This document shows positions 8,988 to 19,245 of a stretch of DNA of 39,511 nucleotides, piece by piece. Position 1 is the stretch's first letter. Each line of letters starts with the position of its first letter. The translations under genes were made by a program, and so were the position numbers. The notes under the pieces are model-generated. The model searched no databases and had not been told where the DNA came from. It saw nothing but the letters and a program-made list of their open reading frames with translations. This DNA is from Prasinococcaceae sp. CCMP 1430 (taxonomy: Eukaryota > Plantae > Prasinodermophyta): NCBI GenBank assembly GCA_013416795.1, contig RQSC01001000.1:1-39511 (forward strand), written 5' to 3'.

Positions 8988-10513
8988 TCACGCCGCCGCG
9001 TTGTTCTCTGGCGCCGCCGCGCCGTCGACGCTCCACTCCATCAGCCTGCACTCGAGTGTGTGCGTGTTGACGAGCACGATCTGTCCGGTGGTTGCAAAGT
9101 CAGGCACACACACCAGGCGCACGCCTTCCACGAGCTTGGTGTCGAACTGGCGCTGATTGCCGGCGAAGTACACGTGCGGCGAGTCCTGCACGACGAAAGG
9201 GTCCTCATCGCTGTACGGATACGACGCCAGGGAGTCGGGCGCAGTGGGCGCGAGATGGCGCCAGCGAAGCGTCGCCTCCAGCAGCTCCAGCCTGCTCACC
9301 CCCTTGGTGAATTTGGAGAGGTCGTCGAGCGCTTGCCCCGACGTGCCCACGATGCTCACGCCGCCCACGTCTGCGGTGTACGGGTTGGTCACAGGGCGAT
9401 AGGTGGAGTACGTCGAAGCGCGCGGGAACAGCGCGCTATGCATCGGTTGTTGCGGCAGTGCGACATTCGCCGGGTCGCTTTCGCCTGGCATGAGGTCGAT
9501 CGGCACGGCCGACGCCAGCTCGGCGAGCAGCAGGTCGAGTTCGGCGAGCGGCGCGCCCAGTTTGGCCGCCTCGCGCGCCGCCATGCCGCCGCCGCCGCGC
9601 CCGCTGCCCTGCGCGCTTGCTTCAGGCACGCACAGCGAGTTGCCCGCCACGATGACGCGCGCGATGCGCGAGCACAGCTTTTGCTCCTCGGCGCTTCCCA
9701 ATTGGCCCGTGAGGAAATCGACCAGCAGCGACGCCGCGAGGGGGTTGCTGCTCGGCGACCCCACCCCAAGCCCGGACACAAGCGCAATGTAGCTCGCCTC
9801 ACCCTTGCGTCGCGCACGATGAGATCGCCCCATGTCAGCGATGGCGGCGCGCGCGCTGAGGAATCTCGCCCGTGCGCTCGAGCGGCGACCCTGCCCGCGG
9901 CGCTCGCGAGCGTCCGCGCATGCTGACAGCGGGGCGCAGGGCAGGGCTGCCTCACCTCCTCCATAGGCCTGGGCTTCTGCTTGGGCACCCCCGGGAAGAG
10001 CATCTCCTCGACGACGAATTCTCCCTTGGCATTCACCTTGCCGCGCGCCGTGGCGACCACTCCCGTAACGAGCCGCTCGGTCTCGACGGCGCTGCCGACG
10101 AGCGCGACGCGCCCCGTTTCTTCCTCAAGTACGATCGTGTCGTCGTCGCCGACGTAGCTGTCCGGCTTGGCGGCCCCCGTGCTGAGCCCCCCGTCCTTGA
10201 GGTACTCGTCCAGGATGCGCGGCTGCAGCTTCATATTTTTGAAGAGCGTTCCCGTGATGTAGCACTCCTCGCCGATGGCGCTCGCGAGGTCGACGACGCG
10301 CTTCTTCTTTGCATGCGATTGCCAGCCGGCCGCGTTCGCGGCCGCCTCGAGCGGCGCGCGCTGCGCCATCAGGCGGGAGAAGTACACCTGCGCATACTGC
10401 CTGGAGTACTGTCGCGGCGTGGGCAGCACGAAGCGCCCATTCGTCGCCGACGGCAGCGCCACGCGCTCGAGCTGCGCCGCGCCGCCGTTGGCGGCGACGC
10501 CCGCGGCCGCGTT
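8988..10513 (-). CDS. POLD2: DNA polymerase delta small subunit; join(<10513..9956,9803..8988), start codon not found
   Basis: QYAQVYFSRL, GTLFKNM.LQP.IL, LEEETGRV.L, MPGESDPAN..LPQQPMH, GTSGQ.LDD, WRHLAPTAPDSL..YP...DPF, PHVYFAGNQ, VPDF. Intron at 9804-9955 (GTGAGG...GCTGAC...AAG). Confidence 0.95.
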
Positions 10514-10802
10514 CTATGCGCACAGAGACGCGCAGTACCGCGAGCTGCACACGCTCTACCTGCTCAGCGATTTCTTGTGCTGCGCGGAGATCGCGCGGCG
10601 GGAGGCTGTTGTGCTTTGCGCGCTCGCCGATGCCGACGCCGACATATATAACGACGAGGACAGCGAGAGCGCCTGCGCGCGCAAGCCTCGCAGCAGCATC
10701 GATAGCGAGTCGAGCGACACCACGACCAGGGTGGCCAACATGGTCTCCAAAATTGCCGGCGGGGGGTCCGGAGGCATCGCTGAGGCCTCGATGTCCCTCT
10801 TN

Positions 10803-12281
10803 GCACACAGCCCCTCGCGCAGCGCGCTGAGCGGCAGCGGCGGCGGCACGCGCGCGCACACGCGGCTGGAGGAGGCGCGCGCGTGCGTGCAGCTGGCTGC
10901 GCCCCAAAGCGCATCAAACCTGTGCAGCTTCCTGCTGCCGCTCGCCACGGTGGTGATAGTGGGGCGTCTGAGTGGCGCCGACCCGCTACCGCTCTCGGCC
11001 GCATCGCTCGCCGTCTCGCTCTCCAACGTCTTCGGCAATGCAATCCTTATCGGCACGGCGAGCGCGCTCGACACGTTCGCCGGTCAGGCATGGGGCGCGG
11101 GCAACCACGCGGCGCTCGGCGTGTACCTGCAGCGTGCAATGGCCGTCTCGCTGGTGCTCTCCCTGTTCATAGCTGTCGCGTGGGCGCTCGGCTTGTCGCC
11201 TCTCCTGCATGCCATCGAGCCAGACGCCGCGCTGGCGAGCGCGACGCTTCGCGACCTCGCATCGCTGTTCCTGTTGGTACTGTTCGTCGGCCTGACGGAG
11301 TGTCTCAAACGCCACCTGCAGGCGCAAGAGGTGGTGAAGCCCCAGCTGTGGGTCTCTGCCGCGGCGGCAGCGCTGCATGTGCCCATCGCACTCGGGTGTG
11401 TGTGGGTGTTGGGGGGACGCGCAGTCGGTGCGCTCTGGGGAGCCGGCGTGAGCAACGCACTGCTTTTCGCAATGTTTGCGGCGTACGTGTGGCGGCGAGG
11501 CGACCCCCGCGTGTGGCCGGGATGGACCTGGCGCGCTTGGAAGGGATGGGGCGAGTACATGCGTGTGGCCGCTCCCGGTGCAGCAATGATTATGTTAGAG
11601 TGGATTGCGTTCGAGGTGGCGGTGATCGTGGCGGGCAGCTTGCCCGGCGACCCCGAGGTGACCACGGCCGCGAGCGCAATCCTCTTCAATTGCGTTGCGG
11701 TGCTCTTCATGATCCCGTACGGCCTCTCTGGCGCGACGAGCACTCGAGTGGGCAATGCGCTCGGGCGCGGCGACGCCAAGGCCGCGCGGCGTACCGCCGT
11801 CGTGGCCACCGTGCTCGCACTCGGCGTGGCTTGTCTGCAGCAGGCCATCATGCTCGGCTTGCGTGGCCCCTTGCCAAAATTTTTTAGCAAGAACGCCGAC
11901 GTCGAGCGTGCCGTTCACACCGCCTTTCCCTTTTTGTGTCTGGAGGTATTCTTTGACAACATGCAGTGCGTGATCTCAGGCGTCGTGCGTGGCCAGGGGT
12001 CGCAGAACAAGGGGGCCGCCATAAATCTCGTAGCATACTACTGCATTGGCTTGCCGTTGGGTTTGTCGCTTGCGTTCAAGACGCCCATGGGGCTGACAGG
12101 GCTTTGGGCGGGTCTCTCAACGGGCGCGGGCTGCCAGACGCTTGGTCAGGCGACGCTGGTTTTCACAGGCGACTGGGACCGCTTGACCCGAGCCGCGGTG
12201 GAGCGCGCGGCTCTCGAGGACGCGCACCGAGGCAGCGACGAGCACGCCGGCGGCGAAGACGAGACGGGGGGCGGAGTGTGA
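10803..12281 (+). CDS. MATE/DTX family efflux transporter; 5' end truncated at N (10802)
   Basis: G.ASALDTFAGQAWGA, LGVYLQR, P.A.MI.LEWIAFE, STRVGNALG.G, SGV.RG.G.Q..GA.INL..YY.IGLP, G..GLW.G; about 12 TM segments. Confidence 0.93.
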   Translation, partial: AHSPSRSALSGSGGGTRAHTRLEEARACVQLAAPQSASNLCSFLLPLATVVIVGRLSGADPLPLSAASLAVSLSNVFGNAILIGTASALDTFAGQAWGAGNHAALGVYLQRAMAVSLVLSLFIAVAWALGLSPLLHAIEPDAALASATLRDLASLFLLVLFVGLTECLKRHLQAQEVVKPQLWVSAAAAALHVPIALGCVWVLGGRAVGALWGAGVSNALLFAMFAAYVWRRGDPRVWPGWTWRAWKGWGEYMRVAAPGAAMIMLEWIAFEVAVIVAGSLPGDPEVTTAASAILFNCVAVLFMIPYGLSGATSTRVGNALGRGDAKAARRTAVVATVLALGVACLQQAIMLGLRGPLPKFFSKNADVERAVHTAFPFLCLEVFFDNMQCVISGVVRGQGSQNKGAAINLVAYYCIGLPLGLSLAFKTPMGLTGLWAGLSTGAGCQTLGQATLVFTGDWDRLTRAAVERAALEDAHRGSDEHAGGEDETGGGV

Positions 12282-12571
12282 GCTTAGCATGTATGATACT
12301 GTAGCATTTCGTAAGCGTGCGCGCATGTACTTGACACGGTTGGGCGGCGCACACACGCACGCCAGCAGCCACCCGCTCCGCTGCGCTGCAGGAGCGCACT
12401 GCTTTTGACGGTCCTCTGCGTTTGATGGGCCGACGCATGCGCGTTCGAAATATCGGAAATCAGGCGTGCTCTTGTGACACATGTGTGCGCCGGACCTGCG
12501 AGCGAACGGGGCGCCAGAGCGCGCGCGCGCTGCGTCTCGCGCCCTCGGCGTGCGCCCCGCCGCCGCGCGAG

Positions 12572-13282
12572 ATGGCGAGCGGTGGCGACGCGGCGCTGCG
12601 CGACGCGCTGCGCGAGGCCACCGCAGAGAACGCGCAGCTGCGGAGGGCGCTCCGCGAGGCGGAGGAGGGCGCCGCCATGGCCGTCGCAGGCAGCGGCCGG
12701 CTTCCGAGTGCGGGCGCACCGGCGGGCGCCAGAGAGGCGCCCTCACAGGCGGCCGCAGCGGCAGCGGCCGAAGCGGTCGCCATCGACGACCTACGCGCTG
12801 AGATGCGCAAGGCTGCCGCCGGAGCGCGCGTGCTAGCAGCGGAGGCGCAGCTCTCTGAAGCGAACGCGAAGCTCGATATGATGCAGGCATCATTGCGCTC
12901 GGCGCGGGCCGAGGTGGCGTCAGCGCGCACCGGTGAGGCCGAGGCCTTGGCTGCAGGCGCCGTCGCGCGTGCTGCTCTGGATTCTCTGCGTGGCGAGCTC
13001 TCGCGCCTTTCGGCTGCGGAGAAAGCTGCGAGGCGGGAAGCCGACTCTGTGCGCGAAGAGGCGGCACGAGCCACCGCTGCGCTCACGTCGCGCGCAGCAG
13101 CAGCTCAGGAACGGATGCTCGATCTCGCAGCGGAGAAGGAATGTGTCCAAGCAGCATTCGAGGCCGCCCTCGAGGAGGACGACCGTACCATTGCGGAGCT
13201 GTGGGATCGCATCGTGAGCGCTGAGGTCACCGCTGAGCGCGAGGGTTCACACGCACAGCCAAAGCGACCGAGGCGGGGCTGA
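12572..13282 (+). CDS. Hypothetical coiled-coil protein, 236 aa
   Basis: gagATGgcg start, Ala/Glu/Arg heptad-like composition, and TGTAA at 13348-13352. Confidence 0.65.
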   Translation: MASGGDAALRDALREATAENAQLRRALREAEEGAAMAVAGSGRLPSAGAPAGAREAPSQAAAAAAAEAVAIDDLRAEMRKAAAGARVLAAEAQLSEANAKLDMMQASLRSARAEVASARTGEAEALAAGAVARAALDSLRGELSRLSAAEKAARREADSVREEAARATAALTSRAAAAQERMLDLAAEKECVQAAFEAALEEDDRTIAELWDRIVSAEVTAEREGSHAQPKRPRRG

Positions 13283-13400
13283 GCGTGTAGCGCGCACCCG
13301 CGTACGCACACGCGCGCAGGACGCTCGACGCGCACAGGCGCCCATGTTGTAAAAGTACTGGTAAATTCACTAAAGTCACAGGTGCTCGCCGGCGAGCAAG

Positions 13401-14288
13401 CTACGAGGCTGCAGACAGCACGCATTCGTCGCCCTCGACCGACACGTTCCAGAGTGCAACTCCCATGTCGAAGTCGTCCTCGTCGGCAGCAAAGGTGAGC
13501 GCCGCTGCAGCGTCCTCCAGCGTGGCACCGCCCGGAGAAAGGCCGCGCCCAGGCGCAGCGACCACGTTGCGGCCGCGTGCCTCGGCGGCGGCCGCCGCGC
13601 CTCCAACGAGTGCGCCGACTCGCAGAGAGACGAACGGCACGCCAGCTGCAGCGCACGCATCCGCGGCCGCAGCCTCGTCCTCCGCCCGCGAGTCGCCGAA
13701 AGGCAGAAGGGCGCCGAGGCCCGTCGGTTCGGCGTTGAGCGCGATCACTGCCGGCGCTGCCGCGCCGCGCTCTTCGAAAGCTGGAATGAGTGTCGTCATC
13801 CGCCGCGCCACGGCGAGCGCGCTGCTAGGGTCCGTCGTGACCACCGCCTTGGCGCCCGCATTGAGCAGCGCCTTGCCAAGCAGCGCGCCGTCGCCCACGC
13901 TGCCAGCAAATGTCGTGATATACGGGCCGAAGGCTTCGGCCGCGGCGCCCTCGTCACGCACGAGCACGGCCACGTTCGCACGGCGCACGACCAGTGCGGT
14001 GACGGCCGCAGCCCCGGCCTCAGACTCGGAACCGACGACAAGCACAGCGTCACCGCGCGCCGCCGCGTCGCGCTCCCGTGTCACCGTCGCCGCGCGCGCA
14101 CTCTCGGCCAGCGACTGCTTCTCCGCCGCGATCGCTTTGGCCTCCTCCTTGCTCGGTGCGCCGTACCACCGCCGCTGCTTGCGCCCCGCTTCGAGACCGT
14201 CCAGCAGGCTGTCGAAGAGGTTGTCGTCCTTGGCGCGTGCCGCGACGCGCCGCGATGCGCCACGCCACGCCACGCTGCGCCGCGCCGC
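13401..14288 (-). CDS. Plastid NAD(P)-binding Rossmann-fold protein (resembles the Arabidopsis At1g72640 family); 5' end in gap
   Basis: LFDSLLDGLEAGRKQRRWYGA, DAVLVVGSESEAG, V.VLVRD...A.EAFGPY; a transit-peptide-like RRSVAWRGASRRVAARA precedes it. Confidence 0.75.
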   Translation of the reverse strand, partial: AARRSVAWRGASRRVAARAKDDNLFDSLLDGLEAGRKQRRWYGAPSKEEAKAIAAEKQSLAESARAATVTRERDAAARGDAVLVVGSESEAGAAAVTALVVRRANVAVLVRDEGAAAEAFGPYITTFAGSVGDGALLGKALLNAGAKAVVTTDPSSALAVARRMTTLIPAFEERGAAAPAVIALNAEPTGLGALLPFGDSRAEDEAAAADACAAAGVPFVSLRVGALVGGAAAAAEARGRNVVAAPGRGLSPGGATLEDAAAALTFAADEDDFDMGVALWNVSVEGDECVLSAAS

Positions 14289-14627
14289 TNNNNNNNNNNN
14301 NNNNNNNNNNNNNNNNNNNNNNNNNNNNNNNNNNNNNNNNNNNNNNNNNNNNNNNNNNNNNNNNNNNNNNNNNNNNNNNNNNNNNNNNNNNNNNNNNNNN
14401 NNNNNNNNNNNNNNNNNNNNNNNNNNNNNNNNNNNNNNNNNNNNNNNNNNNNNNNNNNNNNNNNNNNNNNNNNNNNNNNNNNNNNNNNNNNNNNNNNNNN
14501 NNNNNNNNNNNNNNNNNNNNNNNNNNNNNNNNNNNNNNNNNNNNNNNNNNNNNNNNNNNNNNNNNNNNNNNNNNNNNNNNNNNNNNNNNNNNNNNNNNNN
14601 NNNNNNNNNNNNNNNNNNNNNNNNNNG

Positions 14628-16976
14628 CGCGCGGGCGGCGATGGCGCCGCCGCCGCGCCGGCGCACGCAGCGCTCGAGGCGCACCTGCGCGCGCTGGTGC
14701 ACGAGTCGCTGGCCGCGTACCTATACGGCAACGCGGCGTTCATCGCGGAGCGGCTGGCCGCGGCGGCGCCGTGCGAGGAGAACAGGCTACTCCTCGCCAC
14801 ATGCTACTTCCGTGCGGGCAAGGTCGCGCGCGCGTACCACACGCTCAAGGGCGCGTCGAGCGCAGATGGGCGCTACCTCACGGCGATGTGCTGCAAGGAG
14901 ATGGGGCGGCTTAGCGAGGCGGAGATGGCGCTGATGCCGAGCGCGCACGCGACGTTCGCGCACCAGCGAGGGGGGCACGGCGCCAGAGGGGGGAGCGGCG
15001 GCTCGGGCGCAGCCGACGGCGCAGACGCCGTGCCAAACGGCGCGGCCGGGTACTTCCTGCTCGCGCAGATCTGCCGGCAAACCGATCGCCGCAAGGAGGC
15101 AATAGCACACTTGCAGAGGGCGCTCTCTCTCGATCCCTTCATGTGGTGCGCCTACGAGGAGCTGTGCGATCTCGGCGCGGACGAGGAGGCGCAGGCGGTG
15201 TACGGCGCGAGCGATGCCATGTCCGCCGCAGCCCTGCGGGCGCTGCAGGCGCCAGGGCACGAGACGGCCGTGCTGGGGGACGGTGTCGCGGCCATGGCGA
15301 TAACGCCGCAGCCGGCGCTGGGATTCGGGGCTGGGACGACGCCAGTACCCGCGTCGGTGATGCCCACGACGGTGGGCCGCGCACGGGGCAGCACGGGGCA
15401 CACGCCGTTCAACAACACGCCCATCGGCATGGCGCAGCTGCCCGAGGCGACGCCGGCGCCTGTGGCGATGACGCCGACGGCCGCCGACTTCATCACGCCG
15501 GTGGGCAACGAGGCCACGCCTATGACCGGCGCGGGAGGGATGGGCATCGCGGACGCGCCGCCTGCGCTTGCGCGCGGCCCGGGTGGTGCGGTGTCGAGGC
15601 CGACGCCCATGAGCGACGCGCAGCTTGATCCGTCGTCCACCGGCCACAAGGTGATGGACGACGGCAAGCTGCGCAAGGTCGCGAACGGGCGACTGTTCAA
15701 CTCCGCAGGCATGGACTCTGGCACGCCGGCGCCGAGGCGCTCGAGCAGGCTGGCGATGAAGCTCGGGTCCGACAGCGTGACGAGGGACTTGCAGGGGGGG
15801 CAGCGAGGGGGCGGCGGCGCGGGCCTGGAGCCAGACGATGCGGACATTCAGCTGGACGACTTCGGGCGCAAGGCCGCCGAGGCAGGCGGCGCGGAGCAGC
15901 GATGGGTTGTGCCAAGTGCTAGTGCTGGCATCGCGCCGGGCGTGCGCTCCACTGCGGGCGGCAAGCTGGTGCTGGCGCTGCTGCACACGCTGGGGGAGGG
16001 CGTGCGCCACCTGTGCATGTACCGCTGTCAGGAGGCCATCGACGCCTTCCTGATGCTACCGTCGGCGCAGTACGCCACCGGCTGGGTGCAATGCAAGCTG
16101 GGCCGGGCGTATTTTGAGATGGTCGAGTACGCCGAGGCGGAGCGCGCTTTCGAGTGGGCGCGCCGCGTGTGTCCGCACAGACTGGAGGGAATGGAGGTGT
16201 ACTCAACGGTGCTGTGGCACGTCAAGAAAGAGGCTGAGCTGAGCCATCTCGCGAAGGAGGCCATCGCGCACGATCGGCTCTCGCCCGAGGCATGGTGCTG
16301 CATGGGAAACTGCTTCTCTCTACAGCGAGAGCACGAGACCGCGCTGAAGTTCTTCCAGCGCGCTCTCCAGCTGCGTCCGAGCTTCACCTATGCGCACACG
16401 CTCTGCGGTCACGAGTACTTCACTAACGAGGACTACGACAAGGGCCTAACGTGCTACCGCGGCGCCATCCGGCTGGACCCTCGCCATTACAATGCGTGGT
16501 ACGGCCTGGGCGCGATCTACCTACGCCAGGAGAAGTTCGACCTCGCCGAGCACCACTTCCGCCGCGCGCTGGCCATCAACCCGCGCTCGTCGGTGCTGCA
16601 CTGCTACTTGGGCATGGCCGTGCACCGCGGAGGGCGCCACGAGGAAGCCCTACAGCTGCTGCAGACGGCGATTTCGCTCGACGCCAAAAACCCGCTCGCA
16701 AAGTTCCAGAAGGCCAACGTGCTCATGGCATGCGAACGCTATGGCGACGCACTGCAGGAGCTGGAGGCCCTCAAAAGTCAGGCGCCGCGTGAGGCCAGCG
16801 TATACTTCCTCATGGGTAAGATCTACCGCAAGCTGGACAACCGCGACGCCGCCATGGTGAACTTCAACGTTGCTCTCGACCTCAAGCCATCGTCCTCAGA
16901 CGCAAACGAGATCAAGAGCGCCATCGAGAAGCTCAACGTGCCGCACGCCGAGGAGGACGAGGAGGACCTTGTGTGA
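14628..16976 (+). CDS. CDC27: Anaphase-promoting complex subunit 3 / CDC27; start codon in gap
   Basis: N-terminal Apc3 TPR domain (NAAFIAERL, LLATCY, DPFMWCAYEELC), a TP-rich linker, and the C-terminal TPR array (EGMEVYSTVLWH, SPEAWCCMGNCFSLQREHE.A, YAHTLCGHE, RHYNAWYGLG). Confidence 0.96.
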   Translation, partial: RAGGDGAAAAPAHAALEAHLRALVHESLAAYLYGNAAFIAERLAAAAPCEENRLLLATCYFRAGKVARAYHTLKGASSADGRYLTAMCCKEMGRLSEAEMALMPSAHATFAHQRGGHGARGGSGGSGAADGADAVPNGAAGYFLLAQICRQTDRRKEAIAHLQRALSLDPFMWCAYEELCDLGADEEAQAVYGASDAMSAAALRALQAPGHETAVLGDGVAAMAITPQPALGFGAGTTPVPASVMPTTVGRARGSTGHTPFNNTPIGMAQLPEATPAPVAMTPTAADFITPVGNEATPMTGAGGMGIADAPPALARGPGGAVSRPTPMSDAQLDPSSTGHKVMDDGKLRKVANGRLFNSAGMDSGTPAPRRSSRLAMKLGSDSVTRDLQGGQRGGGGAGLEPDDADIQLDDFGRKAAEAGGAEQRWVVPSASAGIAPGVRSTAGGKLVLALLHTLGEGVRHLCMYRCQEAIDAFLMLPSAQYATGWVQCKLGRAYFEMVEYAEAERAFEWARRVCPHRLEGMEVYSTVLWHVKKEAELSHLAKEAIAHDRLSPEAWCCMGNCFSLQREHETALKFFQRALQLRPSFTYAHTLCGHEYFTNEDYDKGLTCYRGAIRLDPRHYNAWYGLGAIYLRQEKFDLAEHHFRRALAINPRSSVLHCYLGMAVHRGGRHEEALQLLQTAISLDAKNPLAKFQKANVLMACERYGDALQELEALKSQAPREASVYFLMGKIYRKLDNRDAAMVNFNVALDLKPSSSDANEIKSAIEKLNVPHAEEDEEDLV

Positions 16977-17246
16977 GCTTGGCTGGTCAAACCCTCGGCA
17001 GTGCGCAGCTGCGGCGCGCACCTGAGCAAAAACATGCAATGTGCACACCGCCCTCGCCAGCCGCTCTCGCCCACCGCGCACGTGCGCTGCGGCGGTGCCG
17101 CGTGTGGTCCTCGCCGACTCCGTGAGCGGCAGTCCCGAAAAGCGGGCCACACTGCGCGCAGCACATCTGCTGCGCCAGTTGTGGACAGCACTCAAGGCCG
17201 ACGAGTGGACGGCGCTCGCGACGTCGAGCTCTTGTCCTCGTCTTGC

Positions 17247-17480
17247 ATGCGCCTGTCGAGCGCGGTCAAAGGCGCCGCTTGGCTCACTCTCGGCGGCGCC
17301 GCGTTTGCATACTACACGTTGTGGGTACTCGTCGCTCCCGCGGTCGAAAACGACCTGCCTGCGCTCGCCGACGCGCTGCCGCCGCGTTTCTGGGCGCTCG
17401 CGTTGCCTGCGACCGTCCTTACTGCGGTCACTGCCGCGGTTGCGGCGACCGCGGGGTGGGCGCTCGCGTTCGACAGGTAG
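17247..17480 (+). CDS. DPM2: Dolichol-phosphate-mannose synthase regulatory subunit, 77 aa
   Basis: Two-TM small protein with G....L....FAYYTLWVLV.P.V...LP...LPPR.WAL.LP, the DPM2 family signature. The length matches the family. Confidence 0.85.
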   Translation: MRLSSAVKGAAWLTLGGAAFAYYTLWVLVAPAVENDLPALADALPPRFWALALPATVLTAVTAAVAATAGWALAFDR

Positions 17481-17518
17481 GGCGTCGTCGCTCTGTGCAC
17501 GCGGGTGGCAGAAACGGC

Positions 17519-19245
17519 ATGCGCCGCGCAGCTGCGCGGCTGGCGGGCGCGTTCGGCGCGCCGCCGGCCCTCACAAGACGGCGCGTGGTCGTGACGGGCA
17601 TCGGGTTCGTCTCGCCGCTGGGATGCGGAAGCGGGGGTCGGGGCACTGGCGGGCCTGTGTGGGCCTCGCTGCTGTCGGGAGCGAGCGGCGTGCGCGCGCT
17701 CGCGCCGGCGGACCTGCGCGGCGCGGGGGACGCCGTTTCGCTGCTTGGGAGGTTGCCGTGCCGCATTGCTGGCGTCGTGCCTCGCTGCGGGCCCGGCGCA
17801 CTCGACGCTGCGTTTGAGGCCGACGCCTACAACGGCGCGGCGCGGCTGGCCGACTTCTCGCTGTACGCTGTCTCCGCGGCGCGCTCGGCTGTGGCGGACG
17901 CCGCGCCGGGCCTCGTCGATTCGTACGGTGCAGGGCGCGTAGGCGCAAGCCTCGGCACAGGCATCGGCTCGCTCTCGAGCATTGTCGCGGCGGGTGCACA
18001 GGTTGCGTCTGGCTCCGAGAGGCGCGTCAGCCCATACTTTGTGCCCACCATCCTTGGCAACATGGCGGCAGCACACGTCAGCCTCGCGCACGGCCTGCGC
18101 GGGCCGCAGCTCGCGGCCACCACAGCGTGCGCAGCGTCGGCGCATGCGATCGGGGAGGCGTACCGCTGCGTGAGGGACGGGGGTGCGGACGCGATGCTGG
18201 CGGGGGGGTCAGAAGGGTCCATCGACGCGCTCGCGCTGGTGGGATTCAGCCGGCTACGCGCGCTGAGGTACGCCGAGCGCGGCGTGTGCCGTGGTAGTGT
18301 GCGGGCACATGTGGGCGCGAACGCGTGCGCGGTGGCATGCACGCGCCGCGTACGCTCGAGCGCTTGGTGGCTCGTGGCAGCTGACGCGCGCGCGCACATA
18401 GCACGCGATACAACGACGATGCAACCGCTGCCAGCCGGCCGTTCGATGCTGAGCGCGACGGATTTGTCATGGGGGAAGGCGCAGCGGTCTTGGTGCTCGA
18501 GGAGATGGAGGCGGCGATAAGAAGAGGCGCGCACGTGTACGCAGAGGTGAGCCGCCGCTGCGTCGTCGCTTACCCCGCAGCGCGCGTGCGCGTGATTCGC
18601 TCGCAGGCCTTCTGCGCGTTGTTGTGCGCGTGTTGGCCCTCGCTGACGCGGCGCTGTGCGGCCGTACACCGCGCACCAATGGTGGCGCGTCGCGCTCTCG
18701 CCGTCTGCTCTCGTCGTCGCGCGGCGCGCCGCGCCGCGCAGCTGCGCGGCTACGGATCGAGCGCCGACGCGCACCACATCACCCAGCCCTCTGCTGATGG
18801 TAGTGGTGCGGCGGCTGCGATGCGTGCCGCGCTCGATGACGCGGGACTTTCGCCTCTTGACGTGGACTACGTCAACGCACACGCGACATCGACACCGCAG
18901 GGCGATGCGGTGGAGGTGCGCGCGGTGGCTGATGTGCTCGGGCGCCCCGAGGGTGCGCATGCGCCGCTGCTCATGTCGAGCGCCAAAGGAGCGATCGGGC
19001 ACCTACTGGGTGCTGCCGGGGCGGTCGAGGCTGCGTTCGCGGCGCTGAGCGTCGCGACGGGCCGCGTGCCGCACACGCTAAACCTCGCGGAGCCCGAGCC
19101 AGAGATTGCGGAGGCTGCAGCAGCTGCGGGTGTGCGCCTGGTCGCGGGAGAGCCCGAGGCGCCAGGCGAGGGGGTGAGGGCAGCCCTATCAAACAGCTTT
19201 GGATTCGGTGGCACCAACGCCGCGCTCTGCTTCTCGCACCTTTGA
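17519..19245 (+). CDS. OXSM: 3-oxoacyl-ACP synthase (KAS II/FabF type), probably mitochondrial; join(17519..18267,18402..18546,18742..19245), 465 aa
   Basis: RRVVVTGIG.VSPLG, TTACAAS (Cys), SRPFDAERDGFVMGEG, NAHATST (His), KGAIGHLLGAAG (His), SNSFGFGG. Two GT-AG introns with GCTGAC restore the frame. The Arg/Ala presequence is short. Confidence 0.93.

Noticed and set aside
10275-10802. N-terminal extension of the 668-aa MATE ORF
   Set aside because: It is antisense POLD2 sequence plus an orphan fragment joined across an N.
12440-12465. tRNA T-loop-like GTTCGAA (also ~38055)
   Set aside because: No cloverleaf stems or D-arm/A-box could be formed around it.
14641-14643. ATG as the CDC27 start codon
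   Set aside because: It is out of frame with the CDC27 reading frame, which stays open into the gap.
17001-17246. Longer 159-aa DPM2 using upstream starts
   Set aside because: The extension is non-conserved Arg-rich sequence overlapping the likely CDC27 3' UTR. The family length fits the ATG at 17247.
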